A stretch of DNA of 48,449 nucleotides, counting the filler, from an uncultured virus (IMG/VR IMGVR_UViG_2049941000_000080) (Duplodnaviria; Heunggongvirae; Uroviricota; Caudoviricetes). It is 12 parts of one record of this genome, joined end to end, with 100 filler letters (N's around TTAATTAATTAA, not from the genome) between each part and the next. Parts side by side here need not be neighbours in the genome. Positions count along the whole stretch, not along the records: positions 1 to 2,608 come from IMGVR_UViG_2049941000_000080; positions 2,709 to 4,960 come from IMGVR_UViG_2049941000_000080; positions 5,061 to 6,936 come from IMGVR_UViG_2049941000_000080; positions 7,037 to 9,936 come from IMGVR_UViG_2049941000_000080; 8 more parts are not named here. One strand, 5' to 3'. The position numbers were made by a program, and so were the translations under genes. This document shows positions 1-10,036 of this stretch, piece by piece. The notes beneath the pieces are model-generated. The model ran no database searches. It worked only from the letters and a program-made list of their open reading frames with translations, and was not told the DNA's origin. Position 1 is the stretch's first letter. Each line of letters opens with the position of its first letter.

Positions 1-1149
1 ATCCTCAATAATCTCGCATTGATATTACCGCCTCTTATGGTTGCCCTGACAACTGTAATTTCTGAGGTCGCAAAGGCACTCACCAAGCCAGAGAACGTGG
101 AAATGCTACTCGATGCGATAATTACTGTAATCGGTGCTATTGCGGTTGCTATCTGGGAATCACTTCCCGTCATTTGGGATATGATAGTCGGCGTTCTGAA
201 AAATCTGGGTGATTTGGTCGGAGATTTCCTCTATGCCGTAGTACCCAAAGTCGCAGGTACGCTCGAAAAAGTCATCAACACNNNNNNNNNNNNNNNNNNN
301 NNNNNNNNNNNNNNNNNNNNNNNNNNNNNNNNNNNNNNNNNNNNNNNNNNNNNNNNNNNNNNNNNNNNNNNNNNNNNNNNNNNNNNNNNNNNNNNNNNNN
401 NNNNNNNNNNNNNNNNNNNNNNNNNNNNNNNNNNNNNNNNNNNNNNNNNNNNNNNNNNNNNNNNNNNNNNNNNNNNNNNNNNNNNNNNNNNNNNNNNNNN
501 NNNNNNNNNNNNNNNNNNNNNNNNNNNNNNNNNNNNNNNNNNNNNNNNNNNNNNNNNNNNNNNNNNNNNNNNNNNNNNNNNNNNNNNNNNNNNNNNNNNN
601 NNNNNNNNNNNNNNNNNNNNNNNNNNNNNNNNNNNNNNNNNNNNNNNNNNNNNNNNNNNNNNNNNNNNNNNNNNNNNNNNNNNNNNNNNNNNNNNNNNNN
701 NNNNNNNNNNNNNNNNNNNNNNNNNNNNNNNNNNNNNNNNNNNNNNNNNNNNNNNNNNNNNNNNNNNNNNNNNNNNNNNNNNNNNNNNNNNNNNNNNNNN
801 NNNNNNNNNNNNNNNNNNNNNNNNNNNNNNNNNNNNNNNNNNNNNNNNNNNNNNNNNNNNNNNNNNNNNTGTCAGTTGGTATGCAAAGGCCATGAACGAG
901 CCTTTTGTTCTCAATAACCCGACAATATTCGGTGCTATGAACGGCAACCTTTTAGGCGGTGGTGAGCGTGGTTCTGAATTGGTCGTAGGCGTAGACAAGT
1001 TGATGCAGATGATTGCAGATGCAAAGGGCAGTCAGAGTATCACGATAAACGCATATTGCAGAGAGGGTCAGGACATCAAGGCATTCGCACAAGAAGTTGC
1101 GTATATCCTTGAAGACGCAAAGACCAGAAAGGATAAACTCTATGCCTAA
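1..1149 (+). CDS. Tape measure protein, C-terminal fragments (gap 282-869)
   Basis: Amphipathic repeats; C-term WYAKAM..PFVLNNPTIFG..GGE.GSE; stop overlaps the Dit start. Confidence 0.85.
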   Translation: MLNNLALILPPLMVALTTVISEVAKALTKPENVEMLLDAIITVIGAIAVAIWESLPVIWDMIVGVLKNLGDLVGDFLYAVVPKVAGTLEKVINXXXXXXXXXXXXXXXXXXXXXXXXXXXXXXXXXXXXXXXXXXXXXXXXXXXXXXXXXXXXXXXXXXXXXXXXXXXXXXXXXXXXXXXXXXXXXXXXXXXXXXXXXXXXXXXXXXXXXXXXXXXXXXXXXXXXXXXXXXXXXXXXXXXXXXXXXXXXXXXXXXXXXXXXXXXXXXXXXXXXXXXXXXXXXXXXXXXXXVSWYAKAMNEPFVLNNPTIFGAMNGNLLGGGERGSELVVGVDKLMQMIADAKGSQSITINAYCREGQDIKAFAQEVAYILEDAKTRKDKLYA

Positions 1150-1394
1150 ACTCTTTGATAATGGTACAAACACGCAGGGCGTGATTGTATATGGCGGTGT
1201 CGATTCTTCCAACTATGGCATTGTCGTTGGAGAATCGCCTGCCTTTGAAAGACCTAACCGCAAGCAGACAATAGTTCAAGTACCGGGAAGAAACGGCTCT
1301 GTACTATTCCAAGAGAACGCTTGGGAAGACGTTACCCGTACTTATAGCGTCTGGCTTGATGAAGATATAGCAAACAACAAGACCCTTGCAGACA
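1142..1394 (+). CDS. Distal tail protein (Dit), N-terminal fragment
   Basis: MPKLFDNG..GVDSSNYGIVV..PNRKQTIVQVPGRNGSV; directly follows TMP. Confidence 0.8.
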
Positions 1395-1404
1395 NNNNNN
1401 NNNN

Positions 1405-1830
1405 GATAGTGTCGAGGTCAGAGGTTCAGACAGTCCCGAGCACAAAGCAAAGACCGCTATCGACTTTGCAAACAACAAAATCAAGGCATTAGTCAGCAAG
1501 CCGTCAATCTACGGGTTTGGTATGAACTTTCAGAACTGCCACGAGATTATATTTTGCGGTTTATCCGACAGTTATGAGCAATTCTATCAGGCGGTCAGGC
1601 GTTGTTGGAGATACGGACAAACTCACGCAGTAAATGTTCACATCATAATGTCCGAGGCAGAACTCAACGTGCTCGATAACATCAAGAAGAAACAGTCACA
1701 AATGGACGAACTCCAAACAAATATGATTGCTTTGATGCGTGACGTGACTATGAGCGAAATTAAGCACACAACCCGAATAGTAGCGGAATACATACCGCAA
1801 AAAGACTTTAAGTATGCGATAGGAGAATAA
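1405..1830 (+). CDS. SNF2-like/SF2 helicase C-terminal fragment
   Basis: LVSKPSIYGFGMNFQNC and YQAVRRCWRYGQ (helicase motifs V/VI). Confidence 0.8.
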   Translation, partial: DSVEVRGSDSPEHKAKTAIDFANNKIKALVSKPSIYGFGMNFQNCHEIIFCGLSDSYEQFYQAVRRCWRYGQTHAVNVHIIMSEAELNVLDNIKKKQSQMDELQTNMIALMRDVTMSEIKHTTRIVAEYIPQKDFKYAIGE

Positions 1831-1834
1831 TCAA

Positions 1835-1875
1835 ATGAAAGTTTTAGATCAGTATGTCGGAAACGGCTATCAGTT
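1835..1875 (+). CDS. N-terminal stub, possibly an amino-DNA methyltransferase
   Basis: RBS GGAG then MKVLDQYVGNGYQ; typical neighbour of such phage helicases; only 13 codons visible. Confidence 0.3.
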
Positions 1876-1885
1876 NNNNNNNNNN

Positions 1886-2608
1886 TATTGAAACAACCGC
1901 AATTTCTACTTTGCTCGGAACGTTACCGACAGAGCAAGTAAAGACCATGATTGATGATTCTATGCCAAACCGTGATAAAACTATTGTCATTTCTAATGGT
2001 CTTATTAAAGTAACAAGTGCTTTGAAAAGCGGTGTTTTAGAAAGAGAATACTATTTACATGGTAGTAATAATCATAACTTCCGATTTGGAAACACTAAAC
2101 TCAACGGCAATATAATCAAAAACTCTACTGATGACATTACCCCGCAGAGAGTAAGGATAAATGCGTTAGACAGTGCGACAATCGGAGCTAATCATGGTTG
2201 GGACTATGGCTACAAAGCGCCGGTTGGCTCATTTACACCCATAGACATTGGTTCAATCTGGAGTGACGGTACAACTGAATATACGTTGTGTTCGTTGGAC
2301 GGTGGTGCAATTTTTGTTCCGCCTGTTTCTAAAACAGGCGGAGTAATTCAGGTGACAAGAATTTCTCCTGTTGCAAATCTTCACCATGTAAGTGGAGCAA
2401 CACATACAACCGATGTAAACCTGACAGACATTACACAGGCTCAGCTTTACCCAAGCACTAATAAAGGTAAAGTAGAGTTGTTTATCGACGGTAAAAAGGT
2501 TACTGCAAACGGAACATATAAAGGCGATAAGATCGTATTCAAGGAATCGTATGGAGTTATTGACCTATATGAATTAGTTGAATATGTCAGGTCAAATGTC
2601 GGAAACGT
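1886..2608 (+). CDS. Tail-associated/structural beta-rich protein fragment
   Basis: Open frame rich in G/T/S, no catalytic motif recognised. Confidence 0.4.
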
Positions 2609-2652
2609 NNNNNNNNNNNNNNNNNNNNNNNNNNNNNNNNNNNNNNNNNNNN

Positions 2653-2664
2653 TTAATTAATTAA
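2653..2664. other. Artificial contig linker TTAATTAATTAA (also 5005, 6981, 9981, 13223, 15095, 16266, 19259, 29119, 43730, 45647)
   Basis: Identical six-frame-stop 12-mer flanked by N runs, seen 11 times. Confidence 0.98.
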
Positions 2665-2709
2665 NNNNNNNNNNNNNNNNNNNNNNNNNNNNNNNNNNNN
2701 NNNNNNNNC

Positions 2710-2931
2710 AAGGTTAAGACCGTAACAGGCGAGTGGCTTGCTTTAAGGGTAGCACCTAACACCAAAGCGGTGCTTATCGTCCGCATGGACTACGGGGCAG
2801 AAGTTGACCTCGTAAGGACGGCTACGGGTGAGAAGATATACGGCTCTAATGAATGGGCGTATGTCAACTACACCAAGAACGGCAGAACCTATACGGGTTA
2901 CTGCATCAAGTCCAGACTTAAGAAAATTTAA
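2710..2931 (+). CDS. Endolysin C-terminal SH3b cell-wall-binding domain (second allele 3061-3208)
   Basis: KVKTVTGEWLALRVAP..GSNEWAYVNY..GYCIKSRLKKI*; not in ORF track; followed by terminator. Confidence 0.75.
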   Translation, partial: KVKTVTGEWLALRVAPNTKAVLIVRMDYGAEVDLVRTATGEKIYGSNEWAYVNYTKNGRTYTGYCIKSRLKKI

Positions 2932-2958
2932 CTCGGTCATATCGAGCCTCCGAGAATT

Positions 2959-2991
2959 ACCCCACTGCTTATGCGGTGGGGTTTTTCTTTT
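2959..2991 (+). terminator. Rho-independent terminator
   Basis: ACCCCACTGC-TTAT-GCGGTGGGGT followed by T tract. Confidence 0.85.
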
Positions 2992-3000
2992 GCTCGGAAA

Positions 3001-3029
3001 TATGTACTTTTGTATGTACTATTTGTGCT
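3001..3029. repeat. Direct repeats TATGTACT x2 plus a degenerate third copy; candidate integrase arm sites/attP flank
   Basis: TATGTACT at 3001 and 3013 (12-bp period), right after the lysin terminator. Confidence 0.35.
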
Positions 3030-3218
3030 TTTTCTCACGGACAGTTTAAANNNNNNNNNNAAAAGCCTCAACCCGTGACCTATCCCAAGTATAAGATTAA
3101 GACAGTAACAGGTGAGTGGCTTGCGTTAAGGGTAGCACCCAAGAGAGGTGCAGTGCTCATCGTCCGCATGGACTACGGGGCAGAAGTTGACCTCGTAAGG
3201 ACGGCTACNNNNNNNNNN

Positions 3219-3374
3219 AGTATGAGGTGGATAATTATTAAATCGCCATTAAGCAACGAAACGATTGTAAAGTGTGATAAATGCGGAGATGAATTTATCG
3301 GAAATGACGTAGAAGATTACAACTTCTGTCCGAATTGCGGAGCAGATATGAGAGGCGGTGCGGAAAATGATTGA
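3219..3374 (+). CDS. Zn-ribbon small protein, C-terminal fragment
   Basis: CDKC..FCPNCGADMRGGAEND. Confidence 0.6.
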   Translation, partial: SMRWIIIKSPLSNETIVKCDKCGDEFIGNDVEDYNFCPNCGADMRGGAEND

Positions 3375-3567
3375 TGAAGTGTTTAATGTAATGAAGTGCT
3401 TTCCCGGTAGTTATTTAAACCCGTTTGGGGATTTGATTCTTTCAGAAAAGGGAAATGTGTATTTTATAGCAAAGGGGTGTAAAACAAAACGGGATATTGT
3501 TTGNNNNNNNNNNTAAGGTACGAGAACTCCAAAGGGGCAATCATACCGTAGTAATTACAAAGGAGAA

Positions 3568-3957
3568 ATGAGCATGATTGATGAAGTGTTTAATGTAATG
3601 AAATGCTTTCCTGGTAGTTATTTAAACCCATTCGGAGATTTGATTCTTTCAGAAAAGGGGAATGTGTATTTTATAGCAAAGGGGTGTAAAACAAAACGGG
3701 ATATTGTTTGTAAATTGTTAGAACGTTGTTCAAGAGCGATAGCAAAAGGCGAGCCGTATCGAAGCGAAAAAAGAAATATAGAGTGGCGTGAAACGCTTTT
3801 AGTCGGATATAACAAATATTTGCAAACGAACTTTACCCTAGAAGATATGTATTGGATTTATGACAGGTTGGGTAATGCCGTAAATCACGAACTAACCTTG
3901 AAGTTTATTAATAGCGGTTTTGATTTATCACTTGTGCGGAAAGGCGGTGCGGAATGA
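3568..3957 (+). CDS. Hypothetical phage protein (second allele starts 3367)
   Basis: RBS AAGGAG, complete ORF, near-identical allele 3367-3504. Confidence 0.75.
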   Translation: MSMIDEVFNVMKCFPGSYLNPFGDLILSEKGNVYFIAKGCKTKRDIVCKLLERCSRAIAKGEPYRSEKRNIEWRETLLVGYNKYLQTNFTLEDMYWIYDRLGNAVNHELTLKFINSGFDLSLVRKGGAE

Positions 3958-4211
3958 GTACAGAGCAGATACTTAAAGTCTTGAAGAACGAGCGAGAGTG
4001 TATCAAGAGGCAGAGCAGACCGCTTGGCGAAATGCCACAATGCCGAAAGGACGATGACGGAGTAAAACTTTGCGAGTATTGTGATTTGTGCTTACCAGAT
4101 ACGGAAATTCTCGAAGTGTATGACTTTCTGATAAACGGCTACGAACTTTTGCAGAATGAGGGTGCGGAATCGTACTCGATCAGATTTAAAGCAAAGGGGG
4201 TGGACGTATGA
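3954..4211 (+). CDS. Cys-rich small protein (alleles at 45703-45756 on minus and 47011-47266)
   Basis: LKNERECIKR..CEYCDLCLPDTEILEVYD. Confidence 0.7.
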   Translation: MSTEQILKVLKNERECIKRQSRPLGEMPQCRKDDDGVKLCEYCDLCLPDTEILEVYDFLINGYELLQNEGAESYSIRFKAKGVDV

Positions 4212-4524
4212 AGAACATCGCAGTAATAATCCCATACTACGTCCCTGATGACAAGACAGAGGCGTTGTTCGCAAGATGCAAAGAGAGTGTTGATACCCGT
4301 TTTATGATGTTTTGCAGAGAGGACAAGAAACACGAGGGCGTATCGGCAACACGCAACAAGGTACTTGATTATGTCTTTGCACAATATCCCGATGTTGATT
4401 ACATCACGTTCCTTGATGCTGACGATACGCTCGGTGAAGATGCTTACGACCAGATCGTAGCTGCTATCAATGAGCAACCGAACGAGGGCATTATCCAACT
4501 AAACCACGTCAGGGAGTATGAGGA
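4208..4524 (+). CDS. Glycosyltransferase family 2, N-terminal part (allele A)
   Basis: VIIP.Y, GVSATRN, DYITFLDADD (GT-A DxD). Confidence 0.85.
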
Positions 4525-5081
4525 NNNNNNNNNNCAAGTCCGGCAACAAGATTACTGATTGGTTTTCTTGCACCACTTGGGGCAGTACCGCAGATTTTGT
4601 CGAGAAGTACGTCAAGCAGGGCAGTGCAGTTGAGGTATCGGGCAGCTTACAGACACGCTCGTGGGAGACCGAAGACGGACAGAAGAAGACGATCTATTTT
4701 GTCCTTGTTGANNNNNNNNNNTGGTGAGGAAATGAAAAGAAAGTTGATAGAGGCAGAAGTCATCAGGGCAACAGAGCACCTTGCAAGGCTCTTGAGAACC
4801 TATTACCCAGACCCGATGCACTGTCATATTACTATCTTCACCCGTGATAACAATGACCTTGATTACTACGATGCGAGAGTTGATGACGGCAACGATCGAA
4901 AGATAGTTGACCGAGCAGCTGACATCAGGATAGGAGAAGACGGGAAGATTACAGAAGTCANNNNNNNNNNNNNNNNNNNNNNNNNNNNNNNNNNNNNNNN
5001 NNNNTTAATTAATTAANNNNNNNNNNNNNNNNNNNNNNNNNNNNNNNNNNNNNNNNNNNNATCCAGAAAGGAAATAACAGA

Positions 5082-5365
5082 ATGAATATCGTAGTTTTAT
5101 CAGGCAGAGTAGGAAAGACACCCGAAACAAGAAACACACCCACGGGACAGAAAGCGGTCACGTTCTCCCTTGCAATCGACAGAAAGGATAAGTCCGGTAA
5201 CAAGATTACGGATTGGTTCTCTTGCACTACTTGGGGCAGTACCGCAGATTTTGTCGAGAAGTACGTCAAGCAGGGCAGTGCAGTTGAGGTATCGGGCAGC
5301 TTGCAGACACGTTCTTGGGAGACCGAAGACGGACAGAAGAAGACGATCTATTTCGTCCTTGTTGA
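5082..5365 (+). CDS. ssb: Single-stranded DNA-binding protein (allele fragment 4535-4711)
   Basis: MNIVVLSGRVGKTPETR..FSLAIDR..TDWFSCTTWG..VSGSLQTRSW. Confidence 0.9.
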
Positions 5366-5472
5366 NNNNNNNNNNAACGAAGATTGCGAGTTTGAGGCCA
5401 GAACACCGACATTAGACGAGGCTATCAAGTTGACCGAGTGCATCGACATCGACTACGGCTCNNNNNNNNNNT

Positions 5473-5787
5473 AAAGCCGACCTGATACGAGATATTCGGT
5501 TCAAAGCAGGACTTAACCACGGCGAAGACGAGTTATTTGTCCTTGAGTGCTTGGCAAAGACAAGGCAAATGTATGTATCATCAAGAATCGCCCTGCATTA
5601 CCACAAGGACAACCCTAACAGTCTATCGACTACGACAAGCCTCAACGACCTTATAGGCGAGCAGACGGCCCTTATGATGTTTGCACTACTTCACAAGGAC
5701 GATGCGGAGTTATTGGCAGTTATCAGGCAGAGACAAGCGGAGTTATGGAATAACGCTTGTTATAAGCGAGTTTTCGGAGGTGCGTGA
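5473..5787 (+). CDS. Glycosyltransferase family 2, C-terminal part
   Basis: Frame extends upstream of the listed ORF: KADLIRDIRFKAGLNHGEDELFVLECL..HYH..NPNSLS (GT2 ED motif). Confidence 0.75.
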   Translation, partial: KADLIRDIRFKAGLNHGEDELFVLECLAKTRQMYVSSRIALHYHKDNPNSLSTTTSLNDLIGEQTALMMFALLHKDDAELLAVIRQRQAELWNNACYKRVFGGA

Positions 5788-6254
5788 TGAAAGGCAAAAG
5801 AGCGGTTGAAATTATCATGGAGATGCTAAACGAGGGCGACATATTGGGAGATATTCGCCTCACGGATGAAAGAGTCGAGGCTTTGAAATTCGCTGCTGAA
5901 GCATTAGAGAGACCACAAGGTGATTGCATAAGCCGTGAGGCTTTGAAAGATGAAATTTATACTTGGGGTTGTAATGATTATGACAAACATGACTTTATAG
6001 AGGCTATCGACGATGCCCCGACAGCTGAAACATTCACACTCGAAGATATGCAGAACAACTTTGACGCAGGAGTAGACAGCATAATCGGAAAGTACGACAA
6101 GGTAAGAGGCGAGTGGATAGACCGAATGGCAGATAAAGGCTATGTTGAATGTCCGTTTTGTCATAAGCAGATTACAGGCGGAGATTTGAACTTCTGTGTG
6201 AAGTGCGGTGCTGATATGAGAGGCGGTGCAGAAAATGAAGAAACTGATGAATAG
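5784..6254 (+). CDS. Modular Zn-ribbon phage protein
   Basis: DCISREA..IDDAPT..GEWI..CPFC..FCVKCGADM. Confidence 0.7.
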   Translation: MMKGKRAVEIIMEMLNEGDILGDIRLTDERVEALKFAAEALERPQGDCISREALKDEIYTWGCNDYDKHDFIEAIDDAPTAETFTLEDMQNNFDAGVDSIIGKYDKVRGEWIDRMADKGYVECPFCHKQITGGDLNFCVKCGADMRGGAENEETDE

Positions 6255-6329
6255 AATTTTATGTCATTTCTGCAAACACTGGCTTATTTGTCCTTATTGC
6301 AGTAGATATGAGAAAGGAAGTGCGGAAAA

Positions 6330-6497
6330 ATGACACAGACAATATGTGACCGTTGCGGAAAAGAAATAAAAGAATGTCAAGGCATTCCTGTTTTTAAAAT
6401 GTTTCGAACAAACACAGGAATGGGAATCGACTTGTGTAGTGATTGCCGAGAGGCTTTAATTGAGTTTATGCACAACTGCGAGGAGGACAAAGCGTGA
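6330..6497 (+). CDS. Small Zn-finger protein (preceded by a 32-aa Cys-rich ORF 6235-6333)
   Basis: MTQTICDRCGKE..DLCSDC; ATGA/GTGA translational coupling. Confidence 0.6.
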   Translation: MTQTICDRCGKEIKECQGIPVFKMFRTNTGMGIDLCSDCREALIEFMHNCEEDKA

Positions 6498-6936
6498 AAT
6501 ATATCATAATGGCAGGCGGAACTTATGAGATCTGGGAGAAGCCGAAGCACTTATCGGAGGTCTGCGGAGAGCCTATTATTGCAAGAACTATCAGACTGCT
6601 CCATGAGAACGGTGTCGAAGACATAGCAATCAGCACACTCAACCCAGTGTTCGAGCAGTTCGGTGTTGAGATCCTGAGACATAACAACCCTTATACACTC
6701 CCAAAGGAATCACACGCAAAGACACCCTGGCTCGATGCGTTCTATCCTATGACGGTTCCGGTGTGTTATATCTTCGGTGATGTGGTCTTCTCACCTGATG
6801 CAATCAAGAAGATAGTTGAGACCGATACCGATTCAATCGAGTTCTTTGCATCTGCAAAGCCTCTCCCGTCAATCTATCCTAAACACTGGGCAGAGCCGTT
6901 CGCTTTCAAGGTAAAGGACACAAGCAGGTTCTTTAA
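6494..6936 (+). CDS. Nucleotidyltransferase (LicC/sugar-phosphate NTP-transferase-like), truncated by gap
   Basis: MKYIIMAGG..PKHL.EV.GEPIIARTIRLL..GVEDI.I..FGDVVFS. Confidence 0.8.
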
Positions 6937-7036
6937 NNNNNNNNNNNNNNNNNNNNNNNNNNNNNNNNNNNNNNNNNNNNTTAATTAATTAANNNNNNNN
7001 NNNNNNNNNNNNNNNNNNNNNNNNNNNNNNNNNNNN

Positions 7037-7344
7037 CAAAGAAATACAACGTAACACACGGCAAGCACAAATTAAGAGCAATCAAGTACGGCACAGACTT
7101 TGACAAGAGCGTGAACCTTGATGACTTAATAAAGCGTGACGGGTTGCGTTGTGCTTTGTGCGGTGGAATGTGTGACTTGAATGACAAACAAACAATAAAC
7201 GGAGTTGTTATATGCGGAAACAATTACCCAAGCATAGATCACATCAAGGCTATGGCTAAAGGTGGAAGTCACACTTGGGACAACGTACAAGTAGCACATA
7301 GGATATGCAACGCTCGAAAAGGGACAGAGAGAACGGTAGCGTAA
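7037..7344 (+). CDS. HNH endonuclease, C-terminal part
   Basis: RDGLRCALCG..PSIDHIKAMAKGGSHTWDNVQVAHRICN. Confidence 0.9.
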
Positions 7345-7412
7345 AATATACGCCCCTATACTCCCCTACCCATATAGGTTGGCTGTGCTATCCGTCTTTC
7401 GNNNNNNNNNNA

Positions 7413-7565
7413 TACAAGTTACACCCAGACGTTAAGGTGTGCGGACTTGATGAGATGCCACACGAACCCGACTTCTTATCAACGAACGAGATATCGTTCA
7501 ATCAAGGTATGGTAGGAGATTACATCAAGGCAACCTTTACCAAAGCATCAAGGTGGGAAAGATAA
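7413..7565 (+). CDS. Stealth-family protein C-terminus (CR4-like)
   Basis: DFLSTNEISF..VGDYIKATFTKASRWER*; TAATG overlap with the HNH start. Confidence 0.6.
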   Translation, partial: YKLHPDVKVCGLDEMPHEPDFLSTNEISFNQGMVGDYIKATFTKASRWER

Positions 7566-7809
7566 TGGCAAGCAGAAACAGACCCGACCAAAGCGGTTGG
7601 GCGAAAGCGTCATTTGAGAAAGCAAGAAAGATAATCTATGCGAGCCAGAGTAATTGTGGCATCTGCGGTAGACCCGTGAACTTTGACAAGAAGTCACCTG
7701 ACCCGTGGTCACCGACATTAGACCACATCATACCGATAAGCAAAGGTGGAGACCCTGCAAGCCTTGAGAACTTACAACTCGCTCACTTGTTCTGCAACAG
7801 AATGAAAGC
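7565..7809 (+). CDS. Packaging-type HNH endonuclease (C-terminal piece probably 9314-9404)
   Basis: CGICG.PV..P.SPTLDHIIPISKGG..NLQLAH..CNR.K; tail NRDLPLSCDW. Confidence 0.85.
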
Positions 7810-7819
7810 NNNNNNNNNN

Positions 7820-8207
7820 ACGAGAAAACATCGACATAACTTATATCAATGAATCGGCTTATTGTTCGTCTGAATGCAGAAAGAAAGCAGAACGGAAGAA
7901 CCGCAGAAAGTACAACGTAACACACGGCAAGCATAAGTTGAGGGCAATTAAGTATGGTGTAGAGTTCGACAGAACAGTGAACCTTGACGATATGCTTATC
8001 AGATTTGGTACAAAGTGTGCTCTTTGTGGTGGCGAGTGCAACATCAACGATTACAAGATTGTTAATGGTGCTCGAATATACGGAGACGATTATCCAAGCA
8101 TCGACCATATCAAGCCGATGTCAAAAGGTGGTAGTCATACTTGGGATAATGTGCAGGTTGCTCATAGAGGTTGCAACACCAGAAAAGGGACAAATGAGGT
8201 GGTATAG
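7820..8207 (+). CDS. HNH endonuclease, second allele of 7037-7344
   Basis: YCSSEC..CALCGG..PSIDHIKPMSKGGSHTWDNVQVAHRGCN. Confidence 0.85.
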
Positions 8208-8663
8208 AATTTACACCCCCTATTATCCCCTACACCCTTGGATAGGCTGTAGNNNNNNNNNNNNNNNNNNNNNNNNNNNNNNNNNNNNNNNNNNNNNNNN
8301 NNNNNNNNNNNNNNNNNNNNNNNNNNNNNNNNNNNNNNNNNNNNNNNNNNNNNNNNNNNNNNNNNNNNNNNNNNNNNNNNNNNNNNNNNNNNNNNNNNNN
8401 NNNNNNNNNNNNNNNNNNNNNNNNNNNNNNNNNNNNNNNNNNNNNNNNNNNNNNNNNNNNNNNNNNNNNNNNNNNNNNNNNNNNNNNNNNGTGGTGGAGC
8501 CTTGCAGACAATTCCATGGAGTTCATGGATTCATATTGGAGAGTCAGAGACGGAAGGCTTAGAGCACACAGAGAGTTTATGGACATCTTAAAGGATATGG
8601 GATTCCGCATTAAAGACGAATGGAAGCCGGTGCTCGACGGAACATCAGATCTCTATAAGGAGG

Positions 8664-9079
8664 ATGAGTGATATGTTCCAGGTAGAAAGACTTAGAGTTG
8701 TTAATCAGACACTCATACAGATTGAAAACGAGCTGGAGGCTGGTAATGTCGACGATCCTGAAGAAGAAAAAATGCTCGTTCAGAACATCGACGTTGTCAT
8801 TACAGATTTGCGACACTGGCTCAATACGATGGGAGGAGGCAACGAATGAAGATAGCTAACGCAGACAAGTTAAAGGAACACTTCGAGAACGTCGTAGACG
8901 TTAAGCTTTTCACTCCGGCTCAGATCCTGACGATCATTGACACATTCAGCAAGGAAGTTCCTGACTATGATTGTATCAGCCGTGAAGAAGTCATCAAGTC
9001 GCTTTTTAAGGGCTTTAACTGTGAAGATGCCACCAAGTACGGAAATAAGGATGCTAAGCAACAGGCACTATATCCCTGA
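8664..9079 (+). CDS. Two coupled hypothetical genes (8664-8849, 8846-9079)
   Basis: RBS AGGAGG/GGAGG, ATGA overlap; second carries a DCISRE module. Confidence 0.6.
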
Positions 9080-9097
9080 ACTCAAAANNNNNNNNNN

Positions 9098-9167
9098 CAT
9101 CGAACTCGATTGACAGTTGCACATCACCGCAGATGCGGAGCGTTTACGGAAACATCAACCGCATACC
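9098..9167 (+). CDS. Stealth protein fragment, second allele
   Basis: SIDSCTSPQMRSVYGNINRIP matches 16160-16221. Confidence 0.75.
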
Positions 9168-9178
9168 NNNNNNNNNNC

Positions 9179-9303
9179 GAAGAAGTTTATCTCTATTGTG
9201 AACAAAGACATAACGGCATAGATGCTCAAAGGTTCGTTGACTACTATACCGCCAAAGGTTGGAAGAACATCACGGATTGGAAAGCACAAATCAGAGTTTG
9301 GGA
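9179..9303 (+). CDS. Replication initiator C-terminal fragment of a different type than 39353
   Basis: EEVYLYCEQR.NGIDAQRFVDYY.AKGW..DWKA.IRVW. Confidence 0.65.
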
Positions 9304-9513
9304 NNNNNNNNNNGAGCAAGATACTGCAACCGCAGTTAAAAGAGAAAGCGGTAAGCAATAGAGACCTGCCGTTATCGTGTGATTGGAGCAGTGCAACGAA
9401 ATAACGGGGGCATAGGAACCCTAGTATATATAGAGGCTGTNNNNNNNNNNAAACGATTACCGCCATATGTCCTTAAAGGCGGTGTATGAATTTATCCCGA
9501 AAGAGGTGATTGT

Positions 9514-9818
9514 ATGAACATAGCAGTAATCGTACCTTATCTGCCCGAAGATAGCACAAAGGCACTTTATCAGAGGTGTATTGATAGCATTGATAAGCGG
9601 TTTGAGACAATCCTTGCTATCGACTTTAATCATCGTGGCGTTTCGGCTATGCGTAATGACGGAATCGAAATGGCACTCAAAAAGGGCGTTGATTACATCA
9701 CTTTCCTTGATGCAGACGATACGTTCGGAGAAGATGCTTACGACCAGATTGTAGCTGCAATCAATGAACAACCGAACGAGGGCATTATCCAACTAAACCA
9801 CGTCAGGGAGTATGAGGA
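9514..9818 (+). CDS. Glycosyltransferase family 2, N-terminal part (allele B; further allele piece 9830-9936)
   Basis: AVIVPY..GVSAMRN.G..DYITFLDADD; RBS GAGGTG. Confidence 0.85.
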
Positions 9819-10036
9819 NNNNNNNNNNTATCAACGAACAACCGAACGAGGGCATTATTCAACTAAACCACGTCAGGGAGTACGAAGACGGCAAGACCAA
9901 GTTAAGGCTTATGAGCAAGCAAGGGACATATACGCTNNNNNNNNNNNNNNNNNNNNNNNNNNNNNNNNNNNNNNNNNNNNTTAATTAATTAANNNNNNNN
10001 NNNNNNNNNNNNNNNNNNNNNNNNNNNNNNNNNNNN

